Source: the human T2T-CHM13v2.0 reference genome, Homo sapiens. From it: 64,000 bases of DNA. Below the pieces are notes generated by a model that saw only the letters and a program-made list of their open reading frames with translations, searched no databases and was not told the origin of the DNA. Of the stretch, positions 45,058 through 60,186 are shown piece by piece. Within the stretch, counting starts at the first letter, position 1, and each line of letters starts with the position of its first letter. The stretch is taken from contig CP068257.2 in the NCBI GenBank assembly GCA_009914755.4, forward strand, positions 29,568,001 through 29,632,000, given 5' to 3'. The position numbers and the translations under genes are program-made.

Positions 45058-45147
45058 GCAGTGGAGGGAGACTGGGTGCCTAGGCAAGAAAAGAAGGTAG
45101 CCAGTTCAGAGGTTTGAAATGCCCTGCAAAGGAAGTGCCCAACAAAC

Positions 45148-45320
45148 CTGAAAAAGGAAGGCATCACCCAGGGAATTGCTGAGGCAGAAGACAAAGTCCT
45201 TCTTGGGGTGCTCAGGCACCGCCTGCACAATGCTGTTCTCCACCCAGACGGCGTGTTTGGGGATGCTGTTGTGGTCTATCCCAGACCTGCCGTCGCTCTC
45301 GTAGAAAAATAGCGTGCATC
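45148..45320 (-). CDS. TIAM1: TIAM1 coding exon (173 nt), the PHn domain core: (G)CTLFFYESDGRSGIDHNSIPKHAVWVENSIVQAVPEHPKKDFVFCLSNSLGDAFLFQ.
   Basis: Minus-strand ORF 45106..45402 contains this TIAM1 segment. The acceptor is cctgttctgtttcctcag|GATGCACG. The donor is CTTTTTCAG|gtttgt. The phase joins cleanly with the preceding exon (g + ga = Gly). My letter-by-letter reading and the ORF track disagree by 1 nt inside this exon, so the boundaries are +/-1. Confidence 0.82.
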
Positions 45321-46697
45321 CTGAGGAAACAGAACAGGGGTGTGCATGAGTATTCAGTGCTTGGGAAACAAAAGAACCCACAGTTGAACCTAACATGTGC
45401 ACCCTGTCAGAGGCTGAAAATTAAAGCACGTGGAACCCAGGAAGTAAAGAGAATGGAGCCAGGCTTGGACTCAAGTCTTGGATGGGCCTAAAGAAGGACA
45501 AAGATCTTAAATTGTAGCTTCTCAGCCTGCCCGGGTTTCCTTCCTGCATGCCCTCAAGTTCTCTCAAACCCTTCCTTTGGGTTTTAGAATGATTCATTAC
45601 AGGTCTCCTCACAGACATAGGGTCTTGTGACTCCTCTGTCCCGAGGCAGAGGTCCTCCAGGCCAGAACTTTGCCTGGCACTATGTGAGGATCAGAAGTCA
45701 CTACCGTCCGATTGAAGCCCATTCAAATATGTCTCGTATGATATGCAACCAGAAAAATCTAGAAAATGTATTTAGTTCCAGACCATGCCCTTGGATAAAA
45801 CAATATATAATACCAGCGTTAAGTACTTTAAGGATAAGAAAAACAATGATACATTTTTGGTCTAACATCCCATCTATAAACTTTTTTTTTTTCTAGAAGC
45901 CAACCATGCCCTTGTTCCTACTGAAAGAGGAAATCTATGGCACACATACAAAGGCCTGGGAGAAGCCGGAGTCCTGGTCCATGCATAATTGCACTGTGAA
46001 ACTAACAAGATAGTAGCAACAGAATATTTTATAGACTTGTGGCAAGATGGCTTCCATAGACTCCTTCCATTATCATCTAAACTTGAGGCTCACTTTAATA
46101 GCAATTATGAGCTGAACATTTACTCCAAACTAACTGAAATCAATTTCAGGGGAAGCCAGGGTATAACTTTATGACTCTTCCTCAACTTCAACATAAGCTG
46201 TCCGTCCATTTTCACCATTTTCCTTACCACAAACAAGTGCCACACTTCCTGTGAACTGCACAACCCTTGAAAGTTCAATCTATTCGGCTACAATGGGAAT
46301 CTGTCAAGCAAATTTGCTTATATGCGATTAGTAGTGTAGAATGATGCAGATCAATGGAAAGGTCACACTGGTTCAAGGGCAACTTTTCCTAGCCTATAAT
46401 ATTTCACATTACCACAGAATAGCTGTTGAACTCTACGTCCCTCCAAACAGATGAATGTAGCATATTGATATGCCCTGCCCACTTATTTCACATTTTTTTT
46501 CTCTTGGTACAGTTTGACCATGGGCTCTGCTTACAAGTCCTTATTGCACGGTGCTGCTGAGCATCATGATTTCATACTTGTGGTCCTTGTCTCCATAATT
46601 TAGGAGTCTCAATTATTCCTTCTACCCATTCAAGTTACAGTTGCTTCTTTTTTCAAAGGTAAAGCCCTATGCTAATGCTTTTTTGAAAGATAAAGTT

Positions 46698-46997
<300 letters not shown>

Positions 46998-47040
46998 TTA
47001 TATTGCTTATTGTTAAAAAATTTTAGTGGAGTTCTGCAGG

Positions 47041-47352
47041 GTTATTTTTATTTTTTATTACTATTATTTTTGTAGATATGGGGTCCCACTGTTGCTCAGG
47101 CTGGAGTACAGTGGCACAATCATAGCTCACTGCAGCCTTGAACTCCTGGGCTCAAGTGAACCTCCTATCTCAGCCTCCCAAATAGCTGGAACTACAGGCA
47201 TATACAACCATACCTGGCTAATTTGTGTATTTTTTTGTAAAGACAAGGTCTCACTATGTTACCCAGGTTGGTCTCAAATTCCTGGCCTCAAGTGATCCTC
47301 CTGCCTCAGCCTCCTATAGTGCTGGGATTACAGGAGTGAGGCACCACACCAA
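47041..47352 (-). mobile_element. Alu, an older and more diverged copy (AluJ/S-like).
   Basis: A T-rich start, then ...ggggtcccactgttgctcaggctggagtacagtggcacaatcatagctcactgcagcc...gctgggattacaggagtgaggcaccacaccaagc. Confidence 0.85.
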
Positions 47353-49537
47353 GCTAATTTCTTTTAGTTTGGGGTTTAAAAGTTGCATGGTACAATTTAA
47401 ATACATACCTGTAGAGTAGTCTGCCCCAACTCTATTTTTCTCAAATCCCAAAGATTTTGAGGATCTCAAGGCTTTTCAGGAACACTTGTATGAAAAAGCA
47501 GAATAATCTGTACCTCCTATTTCCATGCCTTAGGCTAGCACAGATTAGAGAGACAAAGAAATAACAAAAATGGGAGGGGGAAACCGTTTTCCTCTAAGTC
47601 AGAGGTTCTTATGATGGGGCAAACTTGGCAATGTCTGGTGACCTTTCTGGTTGTCACAACTTGGGGGAAGGTGCTATTGGCATCTAGAGGACAGAGCCTA
47701 AAGAAGCTGTTAAGCATCCACAATGCCCAAGACAGCCCTCACAACAAATAATTATCCAGAAAATGTCAACAGTGTCACTGTTGAGAAACCCTGCTCTAAA
47801 TAGTTTTTACGACTAATTCAACACTAATGAAAAGTAGATTCCTAACATAAAAGGAGCAACACACGTTAGCATAGCTTAAGAAGAGAGAAAGAAGCCTGTG
47901 GATAATGAATTAGGGGACACTCACCAATCCTAACACACGCACCTAGTGAATGTTGTATGGTCCCATCAGGTAACTGTTTGTATAATTTTTCAACTTTGAT
48001 TTAGAATCATCCACAACAAAGCACCACCAAAAGTGATTAAAATCAGCTTTTACTCATGATCAACTCGTTCCAACTTTAAGATGAACGCGAAGCAGCAAAT
48101 CTGAGAACCACGTTCTCCCTGGTGAAAGTCTGTTTACCTTCATCTTCCCTGGAACATAATCTGTACGTTCTTCCGTTGTCCATGGAAACACTCCAGAGAC
48201 TAATTCCAAATGAAATCTTTTTTTAAAAAAATCAATTACTTTGCCTAATGGGAAAGAATCTTTAGGGAAAAAAAATCTCTATCCCACAGTTCCAACATGT
48301 TCTGCTTTTTATTTCCCAATATTCAAGCATTGCTAAGAAAAAGTCAGCTGCAAGTCTTGCTTTTGAGCAGCAAGGACAAAGCCCTGAGGATGTCAACAAA
48401 TCCTGGGAACCCATCAGGATGAAGCAAAGAACTCGGTGGCTCCATGTTCTGGGCCTGAATTCCAACAGGCTGTGTCACTCAGCTCTGCGTCACCAAGAAA
48501 GTAAAGACTCCCTTCCCTAAAGGGCCTGTGGGCTGTGCTCCTGGACACCTGCACCCTGACTTCCTGTGTCATTTACTCTCTGAGGGAATGGCAGAAACAA
48601 AATAAACCCCTCTGATATGTCCCAAGTAAAAAAAAGCCAACTAATCATTTTTATTTTATGCCACTAACATTGCTGCTCTCAAACTGAGAGTGAGAATCCC
48701 CTGGGAAGCTTGTTTAAATCACAAAGTCAGGGTCTGCTGAAGGCTGAATTGTGTCCTCCAAACATCCTAAATCCAGTTAGCTCAGAATATGATCATCTTT
48801 GGAAATAGGGCCTTTAAAGAGGTAATTACGATAATATGAGGTCACGTGGGTGGTCCCTGATCCAATATAAATGGTGCCATTATAAGAAGGAATTTGAACA
48901 TAGACAAGTAAAGGGAAGACCATGTGAAGACATCGGAAGAAGACAGCCATCTCCAAGTCAAGGAGAGCAGTCTCAGAAGAAACCAACCCTGCCAACACCT
49001 TGATCTTGGATTTCCAGCCTCCAGGACTGTGAGATGATACATTTCTGTTATTTCCACCATCCAGTCTGTGGTGCTTTGCTATGGCAGCCCCAGCAAACTC
49101 ATCCAGGGCCTACCTCCAAATCTTGTGATTCAGCAGGTGTGGGGTACAACCCAGAAAGACCCTCAAGAGGCTGTGATGCAGGTGATCTTCGGATCAAGCT
49201 ATTAAGAACTTGGCACTAATTAATAAAATGAATGCTAAGATGGGCTGCTAAGGATAAGAGGCTGCAGCGTCCAGAGGTGTGCCCATCTAGGGGAGAAGCG
49301 GGAAGTGGAAGAGGAAGAAGCCTTTCCCCTCATCTCCTCTCACTCCCCCAGAGCAGAGCAGCTGGTGTGATCCAGGCCCCTCAGACATAACCCTGTAACA
49401 CCTCCAAGTTAAGCCAAGGCACGTCACACATGAGAAAGAACACTGCAGTTCTCCAAAATGCTTCCACACGATGCACATCTATGTCTCATAGGCAAGACCA
49501 CTACAGCAAAAAATCATCAAAAGATAATGTTCTAGGA

Positions 49538-49835
49538 GGCCGGGCACCAATGCAACTGTAAACCCAAGGCCAAAGCAGGAGGATCGCTTGAGGCCAAAAG
49601 TTGGAGATGAGCCTGGGCAACATAGTAAGACCCTGTCTCAACAAAAAATAAAAACATTAGCCAGGCATGGTGGCACATGCCTGTAGTCCCAGCTACTTGG
49701 GAGGCTGAAGCAGGAGGATCACTTGAGCCCAGGAATTTGTGGCTGCAGTGAGCTGTAACTGTGCCACTGCATTCCAGCCTGGAAGACAGAGTGAGACCCT
49801 GTCTCAAACAGAAAAAAAAAAAAAAAAAAAAGAAA
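49538..49835 (+). mobile_element. Alu with a long A tail. The TSD is about 19 bp, aaaagataatg(t/c)t(c/g)tagga.
   Basis: ggccgggcaccaatgcaactgtaaacccaaggccaaagcaggaggatcgcttgag...; direct repeats are at 49519-49537 and 49836-49854. Confidence 0.88.
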
Positions 49836-51035
49836 AAGATAATGCTGTAGGAATAGCTGAGCAACAAAACTTCAGAAGGAGCCAGGGCCTCTGAGTGACT
49901 TCATAGAAAAGAGTTATCACACAAGCCTTAAATCATCTATTTTTGATAGGTGGGAGGGAAATAAAGTTCTGTCTTGCTTATGGCATTGGGATTGGCATTG
50001 CTGGTCTCTGGCACATGCAGCAAAACCTATATCCTGACCAATACCCTCCCTTCCTGTGTCATCAGGCATCTGAGCAACAGCTGGCACCAAGAATAATGGG
50101 GCCAACGCAAGTCCTACTTGTGCAAGGGTTGACCTGCACCTGCACATCACCGCATAGGCATTTGTGTTCACCTCACTGAGCAGAGCTCTAGGCTGCTCCA
50201 TGTCTCTAGGATTGCATGTTCCCAAACCAACCACAGTCTGTGAAATCCAGTATCGAACGGTCTAGTTTGATACTGATAAGCCCAGGCTTCTTCCTCTTGT
50301 GCCCTTCCATCAATCCTGTTGACCTATCTAACCTAGCCTGCCATGTATTAACCCTGTTTCAAGTCTAGCTTGGGAAGAAAAGTCTGTGTGTTTGAGAAGT
50401 GTTTTTCCTTTTAAAATATAGAGCTCATAAATATATTACATTTTCTAGGCTACCAGGATGTATGCAGTACGTGCAACAATACGTACATGTACTTCACGAA
50501 AATGTGCAAAATGACAACAAATACCAACAAATACAAGCATGGTTATATAAACAGAAAATAAAGTGATCTACACATGCATGTCTGTATCTATATATACACA
50601 GTCAAAAACACAAAGTTTGACTATTAAATAGTGACTGGCTTTTTCATAAACATGATGGTCTATACAATCCATTAATATCAGGTTGAATCCTATGAAATTA
50701 ACATTATTCTACCAATTTTTTCCTTTAAACATGGCAATTTCATAGAATTCAAGCTAATAAATTTCCCTCCAAAATAGTCACTTTGAAAGACAAAAAGCTG
50801 GATGAGTCCAAAAAGATTTGGTTTTTTTGGAACTCATCCTTTGAAACTGTCATCAAACCAGTTGCATACATGCCAAAACTAGACATGAGATGCTCCTCTA
50901 GCGTTAACTGTGAAAAGAGAAAATCAAACATCATTTGCAGGGGTGGGGATGGGAGAGTTACTAATTAGGGGGCATAAAGTTTCACTTAAGTCACATGAAT
51001 AGGTTCTAGCTTATTTATTTGTTTGTTTGTTTATT

Positions 51036-51148
51036 ATGAGCTGGTGTCTTGCTATGTTGCCCAGGCTGGTCTTGAACTCCTGGGCTCAAGTGAACCTCCT
51101 GCCTCCCAAAGTGCTGGGATTACAGGTGTGAGCTACTATGCCCAGCCC
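51036..51148 (-). mobile_element. Alu left-monomer fragment (FLAM-like).
   Basis: gagctggtgtcttgctatgttgcccaggctggtcttgaactcctgggctcaagtgaacctcctgcctcccaaagtgctgggattacaggtgtgagctactatgcccagccc. Confidence 0.75.
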
Positions 51149-51401
51149 AGATGACTAGATTCTAGAAATCTGCCTTACAACATTGCACTTGTAGTCGATA
51201 ATGCCATATTGCACATTTTAAAATGTAAGAGGGTAGATTTCATGCGAAGTGCTCTTACTATGATAAATGTTTTAAATTAGTATGATTTTCAAATTCTGTA
51301 TAACAACAACAACAACAAACCCACCCATCCCGTGAGTATGTGCACAACGGGGCACCTCTATTGGTGCATTTGGCACATAGCCGGGGCCCTCCCGCTCTCA
51401 C

Positions 51402-51849
51402 CTTTCAGGGACACCCAGTAGTGCTTCCACTTCCTCCGGGTGGCTGACTCCACCTTCTTGTTCTTCTTGTGCACCAGGAAGTTCTTGACGGCCAGGGCGC
51501 CGGCCTTGCGCACCGTGCCCTGTGCGGCGGTCAGCAGGATGTCCGACTGGCCCGGAGAGCTCAGGGTGCCGCTGCTCTGCTCATCGCTGTGCGCCGAGCC
51601 GGCCTCCTCCAGGCTCTCGCTGTTGGTGGTGCTCATCTCCAGCTCCCGCCGGAAGTTCTCGTACACCCCCTGACGAGCCGCATCCCCGGTGGAGCTGCTG
51701 CCGCTGTCGCTGCCCACAAAGGCCCGGCCTGTGGTGGGTGAGTAGCTGGAGTTGGTGGCATTAGATCGCCTGGACAGGAGGTCCGTGTCGGTAGTGGCCC
51801 CTTCAATCCCACTGTCTGCAAACTCACTGCCCTCGCCTGCATTAACATC
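51402..51849 (-). CDS. TIAM1: TIAM1 coding exon (448 nt). Encodes DVNAGEGSEF...SPGQSDILLTAAQGTVRKAGALAVKNFLVHKKNKKVESATRRKWKHYWVSLK plus the first base of the next Gly codon. This is the PEST/linker region and the start of the N-terminal PH domain (roughly residues 322-470, numbering from memory).
   Basis: Minus-strand ORF 51358..51882 matches my recalled TIAM1 protein sequence. The acceptor is tctttgctctctctttctgctcccaag|GATGTT (AG at 51851-51850). The donor is CTGAAAG|gtgagagc (GT at 51401-51400). The region is GC- and CpG-rich, unlike the flanking intron. Confidence 0.85.
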
Positions 51850-54058
51850 CTTGGGAGCAGAAAGAGAGAGCAAAGAAGACAAGCGTCACGTGGAGAAGGA
51901 ACCCAGGGTCACGTGGAGAAGAGCCCTGGGTCCAGCCAGGGCTCTGTAGCAGCGGGATACGCATAAGGCACAGCCACTCCTGACGGCTCCTGGACCAGGT
52001 CCTGCTCAACCCTGGACCCGCACAGACCCAGCAGAGCTGCTCAGGAAACCTTCAGCCGCCCTCCGTGAGAGCACACGATTTGGAATGTTCAAGAAATATA
52101 AAAGAAATAAGGAGCACTTCAAAGAGCTTATTATTTCTCTAAGATAATTAACGAATTGGCAAATTCGCGATTGAGATTCTACCGCTGCCATGCTGAGAAC
52201 CCAGCATCCTCAGCCTCATCAGCTTATCCTGAACTCCAGGAAATTCTGCAGGCAGATGAGTTAATTGTTCCAGACGTAGGGGGTGACAATGAATAACTAG
52301 GTCTTTATAGCTGATATCTTTAAAAATAAATAAATAAAAGGCATGCTTAGGAGTCTCTTTTATAATGGAGTGACTGAAAAGATAGCTAGTGCACCGCCTC
52401 ACCCACTCACCCAGCACGGCTCCGTGTTCCAGGAGCAGGCAAGAATCCTCATCCTCTAATCAGATTCGCTTCTTGAAAACAAGCAGCCTCTCACTCTGCA
52501 TTGTGCTAAATAAGTCTGTGGGGCCTACAGCTCCATTGAGCTCTCCAATTACCTTGCCCTTTCAAAGCTGGGATGCTAGGAGCCTTGGGCAGGCTACTTG
52601 CTGCCCCAGGGCCAAATGACAGCTCGGGGCAACTGCCAAGATACTGAGGGTATCAGTTCCCAGTTTAAAAACATTGGGAACTTCCAAAGCTGCTTCTGCT
52701 CTGAAGCTGAACATTTCCGGGACAGACAGGTCTGTTCTGAAATCAGTATCTTAATTGCTCTAAAGAGCTACAGGCATTTCCATAAACAATAATTAAATAA
52801 TGGTAGTCATCAAGGAAGGATACTCACTGCAGTATTGGACAGACAGCTCAAAGTCTTATGCATAAGAAAGGAGCCTAATTGTTCTCCAAGGAAGAGAACG
52901 GGAGGCTGAGTCTAATATAGAAGATGCCAAAGTAATACACAGTTTGGCAGTTTCACCAATTTGGGGGCCTTTAGTCTCACAAATGGCTCATTCTGGTTCA
53001 AACACGTAAAAACTAACCAGATATTCTGAATTACCATACAAATGAATGCTCTGGGCTCCTATCTTTGCTGAGAGGCAATGGGGGCAGTATGAGCCATGCC
53101 ACAAACTAATACTGGCCTACACAAGGCCCCAGACAGACACTGTGCCCATATCTCCACGAACTTCACTTAGTTCTAAGAATTGCTCAAAGTTCACCTTCAT
53201 CATGAAGAAATACTAAATAAGCAACTAAAAGAGATGTATAGCAAGACATGGAAAAAAGAGGGTGGTGGGAGTAGAATGGCAGCAGGAGATTGCTGGGTGA
53301 GCTTCTAGGGATCAACTCCATTATAAATGGAGCTTAGACCCCTGGGAGTTAGAGGGACTTAAGGGAAAGAAAGAAACCACGAATGCAGCTCAGATGCAGA
53401 CCCCTATAACTGCTGGTTCCCACAGCTTTGCTATCTGCTATCCTGCTTATTAACATCCACGGGTGGTCATGAAAGACCTAGAGCCAATTGGTAAAAATCC
53501 TCTACACAAACAGGAAAACACTGTTATCAACCCACATTTCTCCTTGGCAGGGACATTGACCATATGCTTCCCTCTTGATACAAGACAAAAGAAAATTTGA
53601 CAATTGTTGATTATTCAGGATAACCAATGAGTTACACAAGATGAGTCTGTGAATTTTCCAAACTTTTGGATTCATTTTCATGTCTCAGTCCTTCTGGGAA
53701 GAAGGTTTGGTATGCGTGAAAACATCAGCTATTAAGCTCTCTCTAAAATGCAAAGAGGTGAAATGCTTCTCTGCAAGACAGGGAAATTTAGCTACACAGG
53801 TAACATCCCTATTCCATAAGAGAGACTTTGGTACAAAGGAGAAAAAATGATCCCAGGCATCTTGTAATTCCCAGAGCTCCAGAAGAGGAAGGGACTTGGC
53901 AAAGCTATCTCATTGATTGACAGCCTGCGGCTTAGAAAATCACAAGTCTGGTTGGTGGCAGATGGGAAGTTGAAACCTATCCTTCCAAGTACACTTTCCA
54001 CTATTATATGGTGACCTCATGACTCAGCTGCAGGTAGCACCTGACCAGATTCTGTCTA

Positions 54059-54388
<330 letters not shown>

Positions 54389-56246
54389 TCCCATGCCTTC
54401 CCCCTTTTCTTACCAACAATGGCTCTTCCAGATTTTTTCAGCAAAAGCTGAGTGACTGTGACCTGCCTGGCAAAAAGCTAAAACCTGCAAGTGCAAGAAA
54501 GGGGAAGGAGGATGGGAAGAGAGAATAAGGAAAAGCGAGGCAGAAACCCGAAAGACCAACTCTCAAGGGCGTGTCTCATAAGAGTTCACTACATTGCCAA
54601 CACCATCCATCCCTTTACAGAAGGCCCTCACATCTGTCTCTATTTAAACTAAGAGTAAGGCCTCAATGGACACTCACCTCTGTATAAGACCTGAACATCT
54701 GCTCATGCCAACTGATGCTGTAGCTTTGCCATGACCAGACTGTGTGTGTTCAACTCTGGGACAACCACTAAACCAAGCAAGGAAGTGATTACTCCAGGTA
54801 AAAGACCTGCGGGCCCCAGGTGAGCTTGCATGCTTTGGAAGCAAACAGCTCCGTGTCATCAACGGGGAATGCTCTTGTCATCTGTGATCCAAGACAACTC
54901 CACCTTGTCTCCTTAAGTGGTTATTCAGGCTCAGTGGTACACATGCCCCCACTGATATGTGACCCAGCCCATTGAGAAACGGATGCAGGTTGCCCAGCCC
55001 CAGCCCTTATTCAGTCATGAAGCTTGGGATGTCCCAAATTCCCAGAAGTCCATTCTCCAGCATTGCTGGAAAGGGTGATGACCCAGCCAGAGGTGCTACT
55101 CAACACCGCTCTTTCTTTCCTTCATTGTGTTGCAAACTTACTTAGTGGTCATCTTTCAGAGGGGCTCCTCCTACTACCCACCTGAGAATCCTGATCCTCC
55201 CCCTATCCCAGAAGCACCTGTAAACCTCCCCAGTCTTCCCAGCAGTGAGGAATACAGAAGACTGACACCACGGAATAGTCCCAGGGGAGCCTCAGCAGTT
55301 TTTGTAGCAACTGCAAGGTAGGTTACCTCTTAGAGGCAAATACTAAATTTTAATCAAAAAAGGCAGAGGACATCAAGGGAGATGGTAAGATCCTGGCTAG
55401 ACAGAGAAATAATTCTAAACATGGTTCATGATCTAGCCGAGACTTCCAGAAAACAGCTCAAAATAAACTCTCCATGTTAGAACCACTCCGTTGAAGAGAT
55501 TTCCGATCATGAACAACATTCACAGGGCCGAGAGGCTCTTCAATCCTGTTCTCCCAGGACAAATTCTCTGAAGCCAGATTTTCAGGGCACTCACCAGTTG
55601 CCATTCCACTGGCAGCTTCCCCAAAAAATGAATGTATGCACAAGTGGCCAGCTGTAGCCTAATACATACAACAGCTGTGGGCAAGAGTTTTCTTAGCATT
55701 TGAGCTGGGCAACAAATGCTTAAATGAGCTCCCAGGCTAAAATGAGGGAGGCAAGAGGCAAATTCAAAGCCTGTTTTCACTGCCTTGAAAACTGGAGGGT
55801 CACGCAGCATGAATGTAGACTAATGACACATTGTGGTAAGGCTCCAGTTGTTTTGACAGGAGACTTCAAATACTACCAAAGGGAGAGGTTTTCTGTGCTA
55901 ATGATGTGCGAACACAATTTTGAAAATGCAATTAGCCAGAAAGTGCAAAGGCTCTGGGACAATTCCAGGACCAGTAGAATCAATTGGCCACTTGTAGTTA
56001 AGTTATAAGTCGAATGCAATTAGATACTGTTTCCTTTGTCACTTGAATTTCCCTGATAGATCCAGCTTGAATACACCTGTGTTAAGATGCTAACTACAAT
56101 GCAGAATTCACTGAATTCCAGGGGGTAAAGAAATGTGGACCTACAGAAACCCTGAATTAGAACTGTTTCTGGCTTGTTAAATTCTAACATGTCCTTCCTC
56201 TGATTTATCATCTTCTTCCTAACCCCAAAATATTAAGTACCCCTCA

Positions 56247-56248
<2 letters not shown>

Positions 56249-56302
<54 letters not shown>
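56249..56302 (+). repeat. (AC)27 dinucleotide microsatellite.
   Basis: acacacac... read uninterrupted for about 54 bp. Confidence 0.95.
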
Positions 56303-56304
<2 letters not shown>

Positions 56305-57289
56305 ATATCATCTTTGGTTCTCAGTATTATCTCCTTGGTATTCTCAGTATACTCTCCTTTGATAATCTCAGTACAGCAAGTATCAATTCTAGGTAAATGA
56401 CTCTGAACCAATCCATGCCTCAATTTCTTGATATGTATAATGGGGAGAGCAACACATCTACTTTGTAAGACACTGTATAAGACACTGTGAGATTGAGTTA
56501 ACCCAGGAAAAGTGTCTTAAACTGAGCCCAGCACATAGTACCTGCTCAAAAATGTTAACTATAATTACGGTCATCTCTACCTTCAGCCCTACTTACATCT
56601 TGGCCCAAGGAGAGAAGGCATTGCCTGAACTCAGTTGCTAACTTCCTGCACCAACATGGAAGAAAGGTCTCTGAGAAACCTGGGAAAAACACAGGCATAC
56701 CAAGGCTGGTGCCAGCCTAATACTAATTAGGCTTGTTAATTGTTCTCACGTTCACAAAACAGCACACTAAACTAGGAAAATGGTGACGTTCTCTACATTA
56801 TAAATTAGTAACTACTGGTCACTATTATGAAATACTAATAATTGCCATCCCTGATTTGCCAGAATAGGAAATCAACTCTATTTTCCCTCCCCTTCCTTTC
56901 TTAGGGCAAAATCTCTATGCCTTTCTTTTTATGTTTCCAACAACCCATTCCTTTTCTTCTAACGATTTCCAATGGGAGTGACTCACAATTTCAGCTACAA
57001 GCATTGGAACCAAAATTCCTACTGTTACTAAAAAGGGATTCCAAAGTAAGTTGGCAAAAGCTTGAAATGTTCCTTCAGGTAACTCCTGATTGGAGAAGCT
57101 TTATGTCTAAGTTAAATGAATCATTGCCTCTCCTTTCATCTGCTTTTCTATGTATGTGCTTATACCTTACAGTCATCCCTCCCCTCCCTCCTCACTATCC
57201 ATAATATATCAGAGACTCAGTTTTTTCTCTTCCCCTCCGAGTGCCACATCACTGGTTGAGCAATAAGCTCTCTCTTCTAACCCATCTTC

Positions 57290-57900
57290 CTTCCATCAAT
57301 CCATCCGGCACACCACTGCCAGGTAAATGTTCCAGGAGCAATGTGGAGGACTCCTCAGACTGCTGTTCAAGACCCTCCCCCGGTGTCCCGCGTTAAAACT
57401 TGAGCTTCGATGTCCCCACCCACTAGTGAAATTGAAGAACTCATTCCAGGGCATACTCCCAACCTTTCTCACTCCCAAGAATACTCACGTCCCCCCTTTT
57501 ACTACAACCAGAAGGCTTCTCTGTGCTTCCTCCAACTACCATGCCAACCTCTCCACAGCATCTCCTCTCCCACCTCCACCCCACCCCAGCCACCCTGAGC
57601 TCCTCCTCCTTGCTCGAATGTGCTGGGCACCCTCCCACATTGCAACTCAGGAGCCAGCTCCCTCCTCCCCTCCTCTCCTTCCAAGTCCCTATCCAGGTCT
57701 GCCCTCACCCTGACCACCCTGTCAGAAATTGCCCCCCACATCCCCCACACCCCATCTTCCTCAACATGCCCTGTCTTTCTTCCACAGCACATCGCTTCCT
57801 TATTATGCTAACTGTTTTCTGCCACACACACACCCACTTCACCCCAACGAGCTCCACGAGCTTGTGGATCTTTCCTTGTTGACGCATCCCAAGTGCCAAG
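57290..57900 (+). repeat. CT-rich, low-complexity pyrimidine block.
   Basis: ccctcctcccctcctctccttccaagtccctatcc and similar. It generates about 8 overlapping proline/serine-rich artefact ORFs on both strands. Confidence 0.7.
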
Positions 57901-58223
57901 AATAAAGCCTGGCATGGGGAAGGCACTTCAAAAATAATTGCTGAATGAACTCACTGCTGCTCATTTTCCACCACAATCTCAAAACAAGGAAAACAGTTTC
58001 TCATGGAATGCACTGCAGCTGGAGTTAAAGGTTTTGTCATTTCTAAACTCAGCTCATGCTCAACTAAAGTTGAGGTGACAAATGAGTCCTAGCTATAAAG
58101 CTTACATTTATAGGCTTTAAGCAGCCTAGTTGGATTATGTCTTGTGTGGATGCAATCGGAGTTCACTTAAATTTTTGTTCTTTAACTCTTTTAAAAAATT
58201 GAGGAAGTAAGAAAGATATATTA

Positions 58224-58525
<302 letters not shown>

Positions 58526-58796
58526 TTATGGCCCAAGCTAGATACTCGGTCAACTGGTGGTCCAAAGCCAACTGGGCCCAAATGACAATGTGACAGGCTG
58601 GTCAGGTGTTTCCTAAGTTCTCCATTGGGATCCATGGAGACCCTGTCAGGCCTTTAGGGCAGGCTGGCTTTATGGCCACATCCAACAGTCACACATTTAC
58701 AGTTATGCTGTAAAAAAACAATGATTACACATTGTTATGACACAATTTGAGTCAAGGGGCTCAACTTTCCTCTATTCTTATACTAGGAATGTGATC

Positions 58797-59132
<336 letters not shown>

Positions 59133-59139
59133 TGAACTG

Positions 59140-59303
59140 GTGGGCATAGTGGTCCATGCCTGTAGTCCCAGCTACCCAAGAGGCTGAGGCAGGAGGATCA
59201 CTTGAGCCCAGGAGTTCAAGGCCGCAGTGCACTATGATAATATCTGTAAATAGCCACTGCACTCCAGCCTGGGAAACACAGCAAGACCTGTCTAAAAAAA
59301 TAA

Positions 59304-59336
<33 letters not shown>

Positions 59337-59337
59337 C
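59140..59337 (+). mobile_element. Alu right-monomer fragment with an (AAT)n tail.
   Basis: ggtgggcatagtggtccatgcctgtagtcccagctacccaagaggctgaggcaggaggatcacttgagcccagg...ccactgcactccagcctgggaaacacagcaagacctgtctaaaaaaataaaataataataat... Confidence 0.75.
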
Positions 59338-59629
59338 CTGAATGTTCCCAACCTGTATTAGCATAAATGACCAGCTCTCAAAGTATGGACTAGGGTTCCC
59401 TAAAATACTTCCAGGGAGTCAGTGAGGCTCCTCCTTTTCCAACTACCCTGTGCAAGTCCAGGTTCTGCTCATAGGGTCCAACCAAACAGTATATTGCAAG
59501 AGAGTGAATGCAAAAGTAGGTATGAGACGCTAGTGTCTTCTGTTAAGCTAGAAATCATAGAGATCTGCAAAAATGGAAAACAATGCCTCTGTCCCACATC
59601 TTTTATTTTAGAGAATAAAATATTGTATT

Positions 59630-59838
59630 AGTTTAGAGATAGGGTTCTCATTCTGTCACCCAGGCTGGAGTGCAGTGGTGTGATCTAGCTCATGAAAGCC
59701 TCAAATTCCTAGGTTGAAGCCATCTTCCCATCTCAGTCTTGCAAGTAGCTGGGACAACAGGTACTCACCATGGCCAGCTAATTTTTCCTTTTTTTTTTTT
59801 TTTAGAGGCGAGGTCTCACTATGTTTCCTAGGCTGGTC
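59630..59838 (-). mobile_element. Partial Alu (mostly the right monomer), truncated by an AT-rich simple repeat.
   Basis: gagatagggttctcattctgtcacccaggctggagtgcagtggtgtgatctagctc...ggccagctaatttttcctttttttttttttttagaggcgaggtctcactatgtttcctaggctggtc. Confidence 0.75.

Positions 59839-60186
<348 letters not shown>

Noticed and set aside
51440-51949. Four plus-strand ORFs (65-90 aa) and one additional minus-strand ORF overlapping the 51402-51849 exon.
   Set aside because: They are antisense or off-frame artefacts of a GC-rich exon. The minus-strand reading frame that matches TIAM1 and has canonical splice sites is the real one.
57290-57930. A cluster of about 8 overlapping ORFs (60-128 aa) on both strands encoding P/S/L-rich peptides.
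   Set aside because: It is a CT-rich low-complexity block. Multiple overlapping frames open on both strands is the signature of compositional bias, not coding.
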